Notes: generated by a model not told the origin, from the sequence alone. A DNA stretch of 60,858 nucleotides, filler included, from Sphacelaria rigidula (GCA_964200075.2; 7 parts of 7 records of this genome joined end to end with filler, not necessarily neighbours in it); one strand, 5' to 3'; numbered from the whole stretch's first letter, positions 1-13,446 are shown. Numbers and translations: made by a program.

Positions 1-221
1 ACTTAAAACGAATGATCAAAGCCACTCTCAATCGTATCATCTACTCTCTATCTCACGAAAACACTGTTTGGGGTGGTTCGAGAATGCCGAAATCAGAACG
101 GAATTCGAACTTACCTGGATGGAGAGGGAAAGGGCGAGATCAACGGTGAGACTGGGTTCATCTCGAGATAAATTCGCATGGCGCACCTTGCGAGCAGCAT
201 GCAAAAAAAGAAGAAGAAGAG

Positions 222-2492
222 GTGATCAAAGTTGGGGGGGACGAATATATTTATGTGTATGCTAGAGAACTAGAGGAGTATACTCGAGCGGGGGACATGA
301 GAGGATGGTCCAGACATCTCAACGGAGGGTGGAGACTGTCTGGGCGACCAATCGAGAGTGAACAGTACATTCGAGATGAGGACGGCAATTTACTGCGGGA
401 TAGAGGTTCGATCAGTGGGAGATGGGAACGGTACCTTTCTACATTGCTGAACGCCATATCGGCAACGATCGACCGCACCATCATCGAGAAGATTGCTTAA
501 TGACCAACAGCGTTGTCACTACGAGACAGCTAGGTAATGGCGAACTATTAACGTGGTTTGACGTCTGTCAGGGACTCAGAAAAGGTTGCGTTTCGTCTCC
601 GCTGCTGTTGAACATCTTCGGAGCAGGCTTGGTGGAAGTGATCGTCCAGCGCTTTGCGGCGGACCCAGTCATCGTCTCAGACTTCGTCTTTCTAGATGAT
701 CGCCACAAGGTGTCGGTGGTGAACCCGTGGAAGAGACACCACTAGAAAAGGTGCGACGCGCGGTGTGGGCAATGCTTTATGTGGATGACGCCGACATAGC
801 CTCGAAGACCCAGAGTCCATGCGCCTTTGGTCAGTACCCAGTCCTACGAAGGCCACCCTGGATATCAAAGCTGCCGGTCAACGGTATCAGCAGACGGGGA
901 GGTCCATCTACCTTGGTGGAGCTATCAGCGCGGACGCGAAGATGTCCATCGAAATCAACCACCGTATCAGCGCGTCGTGGGCGGGTATCCGAAAATATAG
1001 CTCCCAACTCTACGACCGACCCGACGCCGAGCTATCCTTGAAAGTTCGACTGCTTAAAGCGGAGGTGGTAGAAGCTCTGTTGCATGGGTGTGCCACATGG
1101 ACGGTACGTTCTGAGGACTTCGACAGTCTGCGCACTGCCCATCACAAGCTCTTGCTGCGAGTGGTTGGATTCCGCAGGAACGATAGAAATGACCACAAGA
1201 CTGTTTCGTACAAAGGGGTGCTCGAGATGACAGCGAACGTATCGAGACGACTATCCGCATACGACAACTCTGGTTCGGGGGAGCCCTCGCCCGGCAGAAG
1301 GACACACGCCTTCCCAAGCGCGTCATGAACAATGGGCTTACCACACGAGGACCCAAGGAGGTCGGCCGCCTCCCCAAGCAATGACAGGATACCCCAAAGG
1401 AGGACCCACGTGCGTTAGGGGCTGTCCCGCATAAAGGAGCCCGACGAAAGCGGTTCGTCTATGGTGTAGAGGTTACTGATGCATACGATTGGGTCACTGC
1501 GGCAAAGAACATGAGCAAATGGTATGTTGGCGTCCAAAAGGGAGCGGACGAGTTTGAGGACACGTGGCGACGCGCGGACAAGCGAGAATCAGACCGCCGT
1601 CACAAGCAAGAGGCCGCTGCGTCGAGGGTTGCCAACCAAAAACTCCTGTCTGCCATATCGGTTGTTGATTTTGTCCTTGAACACGGGATCTTACAAATTG
1701 GGGATGGATCTTTTATTGGGGGTGAGAAACCCGGAGAATTGAAATTTTCGTTGCCACACTAAATATGCAAAATATGGTTCCATTTCTTCACTTACTGATG
1801 GCTATTGACAACTGCTACACGCCATACAAATTTGGATTTCGATCACCGAAATGTTGGGGTCCTCGGGGAAGAAACACTTTTGGGGAATTTCGGGTGTCCG
1901 AACGGACGCCAAAATGGTTTCGTACATGGTTTTTCACATAGGACCCCAAAATTTCGGTGATCGACATCCAAATTTCTATGGCGTGTAAAAGTTGTCAATA
2001 GTTATCGGTAGATGAAGAAATGGAACCATATTTCGAAGATTTGGTGTGGATACGAAGATTTTTAATTCTCCGGGTTTCTCATCCCCAATGAAAGATCCAT
2101 CCTCATTTCGTAAGATCCCTGTTCATAGTCGTTGGCTCTGGGGTGCCCACTGGTGTGTATCTGTATCTACTCTGCTGCTACCTGGGGCCCTTTCCTTTTT
2201 TTTCATCATCTTTTATTATGATTACTATATTTGCTCTTTACGTCCCTCTTCTTTTCCTTTTTTTGTTTTTAGGTCGGCCATCTATTCCTGTACTTTGCTT
2301 TTGTTGATTTGTTTTCAATATTTCTTCAGTTACGTCTTAGTCCACTCTTTCATTTTGTTCGAGTTTTTCTTTCCTGTTCCTGCTTTTCTTCAGCGAGTGT
2401 TTCACTTTTGTTTTTCTTGGGTACGTCTATAATGAGACCACGGCTGGACCCCTGGGGGGTCAGTTAAAGTGCGACAATCAATCAAATCAATT
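222..2492 (+). mobile_element. Decayed RTE-clade non-LTR retrotransposon (LINE): RT/C-terminal region, T-rich 3' UTR and (AATC)n tail; interrupted by a foldback MITE at 1682-2121
   Basis: Frameshifted fragments carry RT motifs WFDVCQGLRKGCVSSPLLLNIF (QG..SP), AMLYVDD (YxDD) and YLGGAISAD..EINHRISASW..LKVRLLKAEVVEALLHGCATW, typical of RTE. Sequence resumes after the MITE and ends GTGCGACAATCAATCAAATCAA. The N-terminal half of RT appears deleted near 500. Confidence 0.85.
1682..2121. mobile_element. Foldback/MITE element with ~180-bp imperfect inverted arms
   Basis: Left arm CACGGGATCTTACAAATTGGGGATGGATC... is the reverse complement of right arm ...GATCCATCCTCATTTCGTAAGATCCCTG; second copy at 16944-17321. 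Confidence 0.85.
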
Positions 2493-2699
2493 AAAAATCA
2501 GATTTGTCACAACAACCGGCCAGATCGACATAGAGAACCAGCTTCATTGCGATCCGATCCAAAAGCCATCAGCAGCCGTCCGCTCGTCCGCCTTCCCCAT
2601 CGGTGGGGGCAACCGCGAGGAGCGAGGCGACAGCAGCGGCGGGCGATACTGAAACAGCTGATAATCAAGCCAGACCTCCTGTGCGAGAAGTGGCTGATC

Positions 2700-3451
2700 A
2701 CCGCAGCGTGGCGTCACATATGAGGGAAATCTTGAACACGCGTGACATGAAAAACGGGGACCGGCATAACGAACAGTTGTTCAAAGTTTTGTGTTTGTCG
2801 ACAACTGGTTCAGCGGCAGGTTACCTCCTGCGTTTTCAGCCGAAGAGATCAGAGAAACCGAACGGAAAACGTGCATGAGAAGGCCTGGTGGCAAAATACC
2901 AGAATTCATCCAAGCAGAGACTCCGTATACTTATGGGACACGTGGACAACATTACCATGTCACCCGGGCAAGATCCAGATGTCTTCCTTGCAAAGCAATT
3001 TCAACTTTGAGACGAGAGTTTTCATATAGGCAAGGCTATCTCGGAAGAAAGGTTCCCTGACATAGGAATTGAAGGTCTAATCAGCGGTTATGATCAGATC
3101 AAGTACAACGCTGAACGCGACCTGGACTTCAGCATCGGGGAGATCGAAAAAACTATGGGCAATATACGAAGTATGTGCAAATAGAATGGCGCGCATAAGA
3201 GCAGCGAGCAGATCGCATGGCCGTGATTCATCAATGCTGGCGGCGTCAATGCCGAACTCTTCGATTCAATCCTCGAAATTTCATGAAAATGTTACTCCTG
3301 CGGCAAGTCAGGCCATCATATGCGTGACTGTCACTCCAGACGATCGTCCAATAATGGAAACAAGCCTATAAAGTGGTGCGGTCTTCCCCGCACTGATCAA
3401 CATGACGATTCCGAGTGTTACAGCCGACGCAACGATGGCAACCACGACAAT

Positions 3452-3536
<85 letters not shown>

Positions 3537-4080
3537 GTTTCGACGGACATCAACGCCAAGCTAACACCACCATCGCCGATGCAGCTTCCACGACCGTACC
3601 ATCGAACCATCGTCAACCATTATCAACAACTTCAGCTGCAACAGTGACCGACACACGTCCACCACCAAATGGCATGGGAGTTTCATTCCTCTCAGGTTCA
3701 CATGTCACTGACAACCAGTGTGCACCCGACCAAAGTTTCTTCGATATGGCGGTTGACAGTGACTCCAGCGGACATTTCTTAGACGACCAGCTTTTGCCAA
3801 GTATCGGACGAAAGAAGGTCGATTACGTAAATCTTGATCTACTGATGAGTATTCTTACTGTTGGACGTCATCTCCAAGATTGTATGGGAAGAGGCCATAT
3901 TTACACCATCGTCACTGATTCTGAAGGAATGCAGCGCTGTGTTTAGCTTCCTGCCGTGATTGTTTCAAGTCCGGGGAGACATGTGTTTTGTCCCGTGAAG
4001 GCATTGACAAAAGGCGTGCCAACCGCCTTTTCGCCTATTTCCTACGTACGCCACGCAAATTTTAAAACTGCGATTAGCAA
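2700..4080 (+). mobile_element. Ty1/Copia LTR-retrotransposon remnant (gag with zinc knuckle, protease), pseudogenised
   Basis: Gag-like LFKVLCLSTTGSAAGYLLRF..GLVAKYQNSSKQRLRILM..PGQDPDVFL; CCHC knuckle CYSCGKSGHHMRDC; Copia-type protease AVDSDSSGHF; many stops and frameshifts; no integrase or RT seen. Confidence 0.75.
3449..3535 (+). repeat. (AAC)n microsatellite, ~28 units (poly-Asn in the Copia gag-protease linker)
   Basis: Directly visible perfect trinucleotide run. Confidence 0.97.
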
Positions 4081-5944
4081 CCGTGGTGAAAAGTTACACT
4101 AGATGATAATTCAGATTGTACAAAATTCGAAAACCTTGAACAAAAGGATCGGGTCAGCACTCACAACTAAGGTGGTATCCGGAGCATGTATGGGGTTGAG
4201 CACATCATTATCGGCAGCAGTATCTCCACCGGACATCAAACCGACAGGAGCGGTCAAGATTGCACAACCGCCTCCGACATCATTCGGCAGAAAAGTCAAA
4301 ACAGCGTGTCGTTCACCGAGGGAAGTGAGAAAGAGTTCAAGCTACAGTGAATATAGATATTAGTGAGCCAATCCTGCGACTGCATACTGCAGTACAGGTA
4401 GTGAATGAAAGTTGAAATTCCACGAAAAGAGCAAGCGCGTCAACTCTGCAACCGCACACAACATCAGGCGCGGAAATTACGACAGGGGTGCAGGAACTAA
4501 CGTTATCCCATTTTTTACGACAAAAAGGCTGACAGCTTCACCGCAGAAGAACCGTGATCATCATCATCATCCTCGTCATCATCATTATAATCATCAGCAG
4601 CGGCCCAAGATACCACACCAGGGCAGTTCCGGCATCAAAGTTTCAACAACACAAGAGGAGAAAGTAGTTATCAGAGAAGTGCTGGGCATCAGGGAAACAG
4701 ATTCGTCACTGTTGCAGCAGGGGTTAGCCGCCTCACCTGCCTCCGTGAAAAGCGGGGAGATTCAACGCCCCAGGAACATCGAGCGCAGAACACGCGGTAC
4801 AGGAAATCCCCATAAGCTAACGCATTCAGCACAACAACAGAAAATCACCTGCTTCTTCAAGAAGTAACCATCCTAAGTGACTCCACCAGCAAGCCCGAGG
4901 ACAGCATCCACTATCGGGAAGCCAGCATCCAGAGGCACATCTTCAGCGCACTCGAGAATCACCAGTAACATCGCTTCTCTCAGTGCGCAGCGTGTACTAC
5001 AGCATCATGTCACTTGAAGATTCCGTGTTTTGTTTAAAACGGAACACTTCGCGCAACCAGGTCATCAAGTCGCAGTACTTCACAGTTCAGAGTTTTTTAC
5101 ACGACCACTACATTCTACAACAGCTAGGATAGAGTGAGGGTACGGACTGAGGCGAGTACCTTCAGCATCACCACCGAGAACGGACCGAACGAGATCAACG
5201 AACGCCACTTCAACTACAACATCATTATCGAGCACGGACCCAGCGAGATCAACGAACGCCACTACGTCACTACTCAATGTTTGCTAATGAGTGCTTGACT
5301 GGTGGCAACAGCTCAGTAAAACATGGCATGTATGGCACGTATATCCTTTTTGATTGTGTACAGAAGGACCAGGAAATTTCCCGAACATTTGGTTGAGGAG
5401 AGATTGGCCGTACACCATATCGCATGATTAGCAAGCACGTCGTTATTGATGTAAGGTTTCGTTACTGATTTTACTGCATCGGTCTATGTGCAGGACCTTG
5501 CTTTCTTTGATAATTGTCTAGCATGAGTATTGTACCGTTCAAGGGTGGATTCGTTCACCAACCTGCGTACAGAAGTTTTTGATTGCGCACTACGCCCATA
5601 TGCTTTGAAGTCGAGTGACAGCTAGCTATCACAGTCGCGCTGATTAGCGTTGGGGCAAAGACAAAGTAATGATGCAACAACAACACATCAGTAAAGTGTG
5701 TGTCATGTTTTTGCTTGGCTTGCTATTTTGCATAAATGTTGCCAAGCATGATTGACTATGGGTAAACAGGTAAAGGCCTGTGCATATAATTGTCGTATGT
5801 ATACATAGACACAGTAAACCACCCGTGTCACATAAAGCGTACATAAGTTCTTCTTCTTTGCCTTGATTTTTTATTGAGGGCATATTGATTATATGCAATA
5901 CAAATTTCAGGGGACATATTGAAAGATACAAGTGCATGTAGTGA

Positions 5945-7299
5945 CACACGTGGACAAATAGCACCCTGTAGGACGAGCTGCACAGGGTTCTCCACATTCT
6001 TTGTGAAAACCCCTGTGTAGCATTTTTCAAACCCTAGTTCCTGTAATAGCATTTTGCATAGCGTTTTTGTCGAAACCCTGCAAGCAACCCCGTGGAAAGG
6101 CCTTCCCAATTTGGAAAATTCCGAATTACTTAGGTACAAAATCTGTAAGTTGTTTTTTGGAATCGGGCAAAAAGGAATTTATCTCGGACAGCAGGAGAAG
6201 CTATTCAAAGCAGCTCCTTTTTTCGCCCAATTAATTTGGGCAAAAAAACGATTTCTTTCGAACAGCAGAAAAAGCTGTTCGAAATAGATAATAATTTTTG
6301 GTCCAATATAAATGGGTAAAAAAAGGATATATTTCGAACAGCTTCTTCTGCTGCGCGAATCCCATGCACATTGGCAGATTCGGAATTTGAACAGCAGAAG
6401 AAGCTCGAACTAGATCGTCACTTTGCCCTCCACTTCATCCGGAGATTGGGGGAAAAGATATTCATTGCGAACAGCGTCAGCTGGGCATATCCCGCATACT
6501 GCACCGTTATCAGCATATGGGATCCGACAAGCAGAAAAAAATGTTGAAAATAATTCATCCTTTTGCCTCCCGGTTCATGCACATGGGCTAAATGATAAAT
6601 AATTCTCAACAGCTTTAGCTAAATGGAGATCCGACACACTGATTACGATCAAGTGTACACTGATTACGATCAAGTGTATGTCCACACGTCTACGAGTTTA
6701 GATACGACGCTTTCGCTCAAGACGTGGATGTTGGAACGGCGGTATATACCTCGCATATGACTGCACATTGCTTCTGAAAAACCCGTGGTGCGCAGTCTAC
6801 CAATATCACTCAACCAAGAATGCTTTTGTTTACAGAGGTTTTTGTTTGATAGTTATTAGAAGGACGAAATTATTTCGCTCACACATTAATCCAGGTAGCA
6901 ATTCAGGGAGCTTACTGGGTAACCTGACTCATTTCCGAGTATGGAAGCGTGAGTTCAATTCCCACCCCCACCATTTCTCGACCGTTTTTTTCTGCCAGTA
7001 CCATGCCTATGCTGTATAGAGTATATTGTATGCGTGCTACGAGTATAAAGGCTGCACGGCATATTAACAGCGATGGATTCTACACGGAGCTACGAAACCC
7101 TGTGAAACGCCCTGTGTGGCACAAAATAACATCCTACACTCAAATCCCCGCGAGAACCCCTGCACAGTTTCCCTGGACCCTGTGAAGCGTCCTGTGTGGC
7201 GCGAAAACAAAAAGTACAGCCAGATCCCCGTGAGAAACACTGCACAGTTTCCCTGAACCCTGTAGACGTGCCCCACAGGGTGCTATTTGCCCACGTGTG
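5945..7299. mobile_element. Non-autonomous TIR DNA transposon, CAC-terminated (CMC/CACTA-like)
   Basis: 28-bp TIRs CACACGTGGACAAATAGCACCCTGTAGG / CCCACAGGGTGCTATTTGCCCACGTGTG; GA on both flanks (possible 2-bp TSD); subterminal CCCTGTG-rich repeats including ~80-bp tandem units at 7094-7262. Confidence 0.7.
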
Positions 7300-8611
7300 G
7301 ACCTCTATGGCTCAAATTTCGGGTTGAGTAGCAATTACTTGCAAGTCGATATTTTATGTGACCGATGTTCTATATAAGGCATCTATCTGATGCCACGTGT
7401 GATTCTACGGTTCACAGACCCTTTGGGGAACATTTCGTCGTACATTGTTCTTGTTCGTTCTGTTTGCAGAGCTCATGAAATTTGATGCCTATGCAAGTAG
7501 CGCATACACATACGTGTGCATGCGCATGAAGCCATTTCAGGCCCAACCAGTTTGGATTGATATTTGTCGCAAAAAATGACGGTACAGTACAACCGATGAA
7601 CGGTACAACAGTATGATGTGCGTATGTTGTTCTTGTCTGACTGCATTGCTTACTGCTACACTTAGCGTGTTGCCTACACTACCTTTTTTTTAACGACATC
7701 CCATTCATGGGGGGGGTATTGCGACTCTGGATGATAGAGTCTATATTCATTACGTTCGAATGAAGTCGTTGCGACAAAGATAAGTGGTACAACTTGTTGC
7801 GACGGTCCAAGGAAATCACGAACCACGTATCTTTTTCACGGAGAGTACCTTTTTTGTATTATTTATAATCCACTTGTTCGAGTGACGTTTTTAGTAGGAT
7901 ATTACTGGAGTAGGAGTGTTGCCATGATTTGTCAGTGAAATGTAATCTAGCAAAGTATTTAGGCCACATGAGCTGAAATATATCTTGTGTGCAAGCTTGC
8001 AGTTGACCGAAGCTAAAGAGCGGGCAAGGCTACCGCGTCAGCAGTAGCAATGTTGAGTTGGATGATACGATTTGATCTTACGTATGTGTAGATACTTTGG
8101 TTTCTTGTTCCAGGATGGAGTATGCTTCAATTCGGTGGTCCCTACCACCCTTGCAATCACTCTCCCAAGCTTACCCAGCTCTGTTTCGTTTCCTTCAGCC
8201 CTCTGCTTGCAAAAGAGGCTGCTTGATTTTGTTCGGCGAAGTGAAGAGCCCCGAACACCATTTATTTGTTTTTCTACTTTTGTCTGCTGCAGAAGCAAGT
8301 GGTTCAACTACCACTTTGTAACCTCTGCACACCCTGGACAATAACGGCATCTATTGCGATAGCAATAGAATCTGCTGCAGTATATGCCATTATCGTCGTC
8401 CGTAATGGCCATCGATCGGCATGTTCATCTTTCTATTGTCGTTGGCAATGTCAATCGATAGACCAGTTTCCCGCCCTCTTGTCTGGGCAGCAGTCTGCTT
8501 TGACCCTACACCGAAATCTATTGCGGCCGACCAAATGCATCGATCAATAGCTTTCCAAATCTATTGGTGACGGCAATGGCTATCGATAGACCGCGTGCCA
8601 AATCTATTGAT

Positions 8612-8711
8612 NNNNNNNNNNNNNNNNNNNNNNNNNNNNNNNNNNNNNNNNNNNNTTAATTAATTAANNNNNNNNNNNNNNNNNNNNNNNNNNNNNNNNN
8701 NNNNNNNNNNN
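8612..8711. other. Artificial contig spacer N44-TTAATTAATTAA-N44
   Basis: Identical 100-bp linker with stops in all six frames. Confidence 0.98.
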
Positions 8712-9111
8712 GGGAGTTTGTATAGCCCTTTGAGGGGGGGGGGGTGGTCTAGTACCCTACCCCCCCCCCCCCCTCCTTGAGAGGTCCGAGATAAAGAAAT
8801 GGGACATGCGTGTGCGGGTTTTGTTTTTCGTGCACCCTTGAAGATGTATTTTTCTTTTTTACTGCGTAGTACCGTGTTTTTTTCCCCTCCCGCTTTACCG
8901 TACTTTGTGAATAAAACAATTTATTTCGGGCCCATTTATGGGCGCGTGCAAATCGCGATGTCCGGGGGACACGCGGTTTCGGGAACAACTGCACATCGTG
9001 GTTTTGAGACCCGTGTCCAACCACCACCCCTCCTCCGTATCCCGGACTGACTTTCTCATCTTCGTTGCCGCCGGCCGTCTCTGCCTTGTCCACCGCTGAT
9101 TTCCGTCGCAG

Positions 9112-9828
9112 CGTTCGACGTTCAATCAGATGAACGAGCTGTTCCTCATCACGAAGCCCGGCCAGCAGATCGTATACTCAAACATTACCTTGTGGGGAAA
9201 GTACATGGTATACAACACGCCTAGAGAGGCTATAGATTCGATACCTCAAGAAGTCCTCGATCAGCAATATATTCTCCTTGTATTGGTGGCATCCAATAGA
9301 CAGCTAAGGCGCCTCGTGGAACCCGGCAGGGAAGCCTGCCAGCCGGAAGCGGCCCTGTATATGGACGTATCAGACGCCTGCCCATTTTACCATTTGGAAT
9401 GGGAAACGGGCGGGAAGGGGGTTCAGATGGGGATAAGGTCGAAAATATCACACAACGGTCCCAGCGACTCGTACATTACCGCTGCGATAGGCAGCGCAGA
9501 TGGTACGCAGCACGCTGTAATAGCCAGTGTGCAAGAGAGTCGAGAGAGGAATGGGAGGCTCAGCGCGAAGCAGCCTATCGCGGTCACTCCCGGGGATCTG
9601 GTCGTGGGTGGGCCGGGATTTGAGCAAAGGTGGCTGAGGATCAGACGCGACACAGGTCAAGAGAAGTTGGAAGACGTGATAGCCCCCGATGATAACCATG
9701 GCGACTGTGATGCTGGAAGTGATGGCGACGGTGATGATGGTGATGATTGCAATAGCAATAGTGATGATTGCAATAGCAATAGTGATGACGCTGGAGTTGC
9801 AATGACGCAGTTGGAGAGCGAACAATAG
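9112..9828 (+). CDS. Candidate terminal exon of an unknown protein (acidic D/N/S-rich C-tail)
   Basis: Pyrimidine-rich acceptor GCTGATTTCCGTCGCAG ends at 9111, then an in-frame open stretch RSTFNQMNELF...ESEQ* of 238 codons; no family recognised. Confidence 0.45.
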   Translation, partial: RSTFNQMNELFLITKPGQQIVYSNITLWGKYMVYNTPREAIDSIPQEVLDQQYILLVLVASNRQLRRLVEPGREACQPEAALYMDVSDACPFYHLEWETGGKGVQMGIRSKISHNGPSDSYITAAIGSADGTQHAVIASVQESRERNGRLSAKQPIAVTPGDLVVGGPGFEQRWLRIRRDTGQEKLEDVIAPDDNHGDCDAGSDGDGDDGDDCNSNSDDCNSNSDDAGVAMTQLESEQ

Positions 9829-12800
9829 GTTCACATATAGGTCGGGATGTGGACCCGAACGTACAGTTCAGGGCGGGGTCGAGATGCTGTCATGTAGCAT
9901 GGATGGGGTGTTCCGATGGGGTGTATGACGGGACCATACGAAGCGATTTTGGGGTGGATGTAAGCGATTTTTCTTTCCACTGAGACATTGCTGCATCATA
10001 TATGCTCAAACTGGATTAGAAAGCTCGACGGGTATTTGCAGTACGTTGGATTCATGCAATAAATTATTCAAGTTGTCCATCGACCGTCAAAGGATGTTCA
10101 TGACGCCTTTTCATGTGCCCTTCTTCAGGACAGTGGACGCTCAATCATCCCCTCGGCACATCACTGCGTTGGCAGTGATATCCCCCCGGCGCGCCACTGA
10201 CGAGCAACTTGACGCCAGAGAGTTTCTTCTGGACACGGGCCTCGAGACCAACAAAAGTGAGAACATTGTCGACAATCAAACAAACGCATTCGCACGGACA
10301 GGTCGTTGTTATTGTCCGTCGCCCGCAGCGAACCAGGGATGGGCGGCACGTACAACCACGGACGCACTTGCTACTCCTCCCCAAAATTGCACATCAGTGC
10401 TGTCGTGCGGTACTCCTGAGGGCTTTTTATCATTCAACGGCTAAGCTCTTCGAACCTCATTTTCATGACGAACCTCATTTGAAAGGATTCCCTGTTCTAA
10501 GCTACTACAGCTTGAGCTGTCGATACCAACTAGTAACCACCGTCGATGTAGTAGTGGTCGGCGGGCACACAGTTTGCACGTGGCACAGTGGCGCGTGCGA
10601 TACCCTGTTCGAAAGCAGAGTGAACACACTGTAGTGAGACAGAGTAACGGGTGGCTACAGGCACAAGGTGGACGTAAAACGTAGTTCCGGCCAGATCGAT
10701 GCGTAGTCAGGAAACCAACAAAGTGCGTCAACACGGTACTTACGCGGATGTAAACACGCGGGAACCAGACCAAGGAGCAGCTATAGCAAATCACGCAGCA
10801 GCTACAAGCAGTGTACCAACGGGGGGGGCAGATACGCATAATTAATACGCGAAGCGGCGGCAACGTCCAGCAGTCTTCACCACGATTGTATGATGAAACC
10901 GAACCCAGAGTAAGCCACGACAATCAGAAGAGCACAGGGGCGCCTTACTAAATACAAGTAAAAAGCGCGGAAAAATAAAAAACGTTTTACGTCCGCCTTG
11001 TGCACGAAAACACAATACCAAGCAATATGAAGACCTCCGAACCAAGCAGAACAAAGTCCGTTTATCGACGCCAATGGTCATAATGATGTGGTAGCTAATG
11101 CACTGGCTGAGGTCTCTCAGTACGAGTACCAGGAGATACCATTGGTTCCAGCTGAACCAAGCTCTCACGTGGGCACACCGTACGACCTATAGCTATCCAT
11201 CATGAACAACCACACAGTAGGTTCAATCATGTTGCTGGCTTGGAACTCACGTGTTTCATAGGATCGTGTTATATCTACAAGCAGCTCTCTTACTCAGTAC
11301 AGCCGCGGCGCAGCCATAGGAGCAGAGCGTAGTGATGGCCCAGAGTAGACCAAGGCAAAGCCAGTAACTGATCGAGGTGGGTCAACGCGGCCTCTGGCAG
11401 CGGCCGAACAATCCTAAGTAATAACAGTAGCAAACGCAGTAACAACGCGTCACAGAAGCCAAGGTCTACGAGCAGACCCGCACATCGTGATATCTTGCTA
11501 TACCACCAAGCTTCATCACAATATGCTCTCCATGACAGTGTACTGATCATTTTTTTGCGGCAAAGTTGACACAAAATTAACAAAACAATAATGACAATTT
11601 TTGAACAAATGCCCGCCGGCATCTGAGATCATCGGGACAGAGCGGGCAAGTAAAAAAAGCAAATATACCAACCCCGCAAAGCCCACCGGACTTTCCAGTT
11701 TTTGCCAGTGTCCATTGATCAATTTTTTGCAACAAAATCAGAAGAAACAATTCAAAACAGTGCTTAATGATCAATTTCTTGCAGCAAAGTCGACACAAAA
11801 TTCAAACAACATCATGACTATTTCCGAACATATTCCCTCCAGGGGGGAGGGTGGGGGGCACCGTGTAAAACCATCTCCTCCGCGCTGCCCCCTGCCGAGC
11901 TCCTTAAATACTCGTACAAACTATTTTGTCTTCAAAGCTTCCGCGTCCTTTCTACACGCCTTCCAAGTTAAACATATACAGCGCTATCGGCTGTGCAGAC
12001 GGGAAACTCTTCAACATTGTCGGAAGCACTTTTGTTCCGAGCGCCGGTCGCGTCTCCAGCTTGATCCGTGCCGCTCCCGCTTTGCACTTCCGCAACCGAG
12101 TCTTCGCCGTATACGGTTTTCACGGAGTGCCACCCAACCACTAATACTAGGACCATGAGACTGGCCATAACGAGAAAGACGAGGTGGAAGTCGAGCGGCA
12201 TCGGATTGTCATGATTGATGGAAGTAGCGAAGAGTACGGAGAAGAAGACGGGGCCGATGGCCTGGAGGCGTGCAGCAACCAAGGGGGGGATCGGAAGGTG
12301 GGGCGTGGCATTTCTTTCAGCTGTTGGTGGTCGTGCTCAGCGGTCACTTGTACTGTAGAACAATATATATATATCGCTCCAGACACAACCGTCACATATC
12401 AGGCGTAGCGTATTAACAGCATAGAATCCACACGTGTTGCAAAAGTAACAGCCCATCCATCGTAATTTTTGCTTCGTCACCAAGAGGGCACGATACCTTG
12501 AAAAGTGAAAGTGAACATTCGGATACCTCTGCACCAAACCTCTGTCTCTTCGAGGGATTCTCTGTGATGGTAATGTCCTATGGAGGCCCCCATCTCAAGG
12601 TGGCATTTATAGTGCAGAGCAAAAGTGATCACAATCAAGCGGGACTCAGCCTTGAAGTATAGATTCAGCCGTACCTGCCGGAAGAGTAACAAGAGTGTAG
12701 TCTGTACGAGTGTTTTATGTGGGGCCCCGACTCTGGCCGTGCACTGGGCACTGGGCACACCACGTTTTAGTGGGAACACCACCACACGCTATAATGAAGT

Positions 12801-13027
12801 ACTATTTGTCAGATACACGCTATGGGGGGAAAGTAAGGCCGGTAGAGTACCTTTCGACAGCTGATGATTGCAGCGGTCTCGACATCTATATTTTGAGTCC
12901 CATGCGCGAGAAAATGAAAACAAATGCGTCAAAACAAACCACACTCCTCTGCGGTTCGGTTATGTGCGAATGACCATTACGTACAACACAGCTTTCAGAA
13001 CTAACGCGTATACCCAGCCCGCTCACA

Positions 13028-13446
13028 CACGGGATTTCGCAAATTGAAAAAGTATTTTTTTTTTTGAGGATGGACCTTGGGGAGCTTGATATGCATCCTA
13101 ATATTTTCGAAAACAAAATGCGAATGCACTCTCCAGCCGCGATGTGCGGCCTCGCTCATCATTGACCAGAAACAAACACCCGCAATTTTAAATATCCCGT
13201 GTGTTTAGTGTATTTAGATTAACAAGAACAGTTTTTGTGCCGGAATGACCGGAGGACGACATCGTTCGGTATAAAAAGGTCGGATTTTCCTAACTTCAGA
13301 TGGACTATTTTTAGAATAACGAAGACCACACGTCACGGGCGGAGACTGCATCTGTATTTCTCTTTCGAAAATATTTCGATGCGTGTGAAGCTTCTCAGGA
13401 TTCATCCTCGGTAAAAATACCATCGCCAATTTGTAAAACCCCGTGT
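13028..13446. repeat. Small palindromic CACGGG-terminated repeat family; related copies at ~47771-48180
   Basis: Shared blocks CACGGGATTT..CAAATTG, GATGTG.GCCTCGCTC.TCAT and GACCACAC.TCACGG..GGAG..TGCATCTG at both places. Confidence 0.55.

Noticed and set aside
3308-3647. Poly-Val and poly-Thr ORFs
   Set aside because: Alternative frames of the (AAC)n microsatellite.
8656-8667. TTAATTAATTAA palindrome recurring every ~8.7 kb
   Set aside because: Assembly linker embedded in Ns, not biological.
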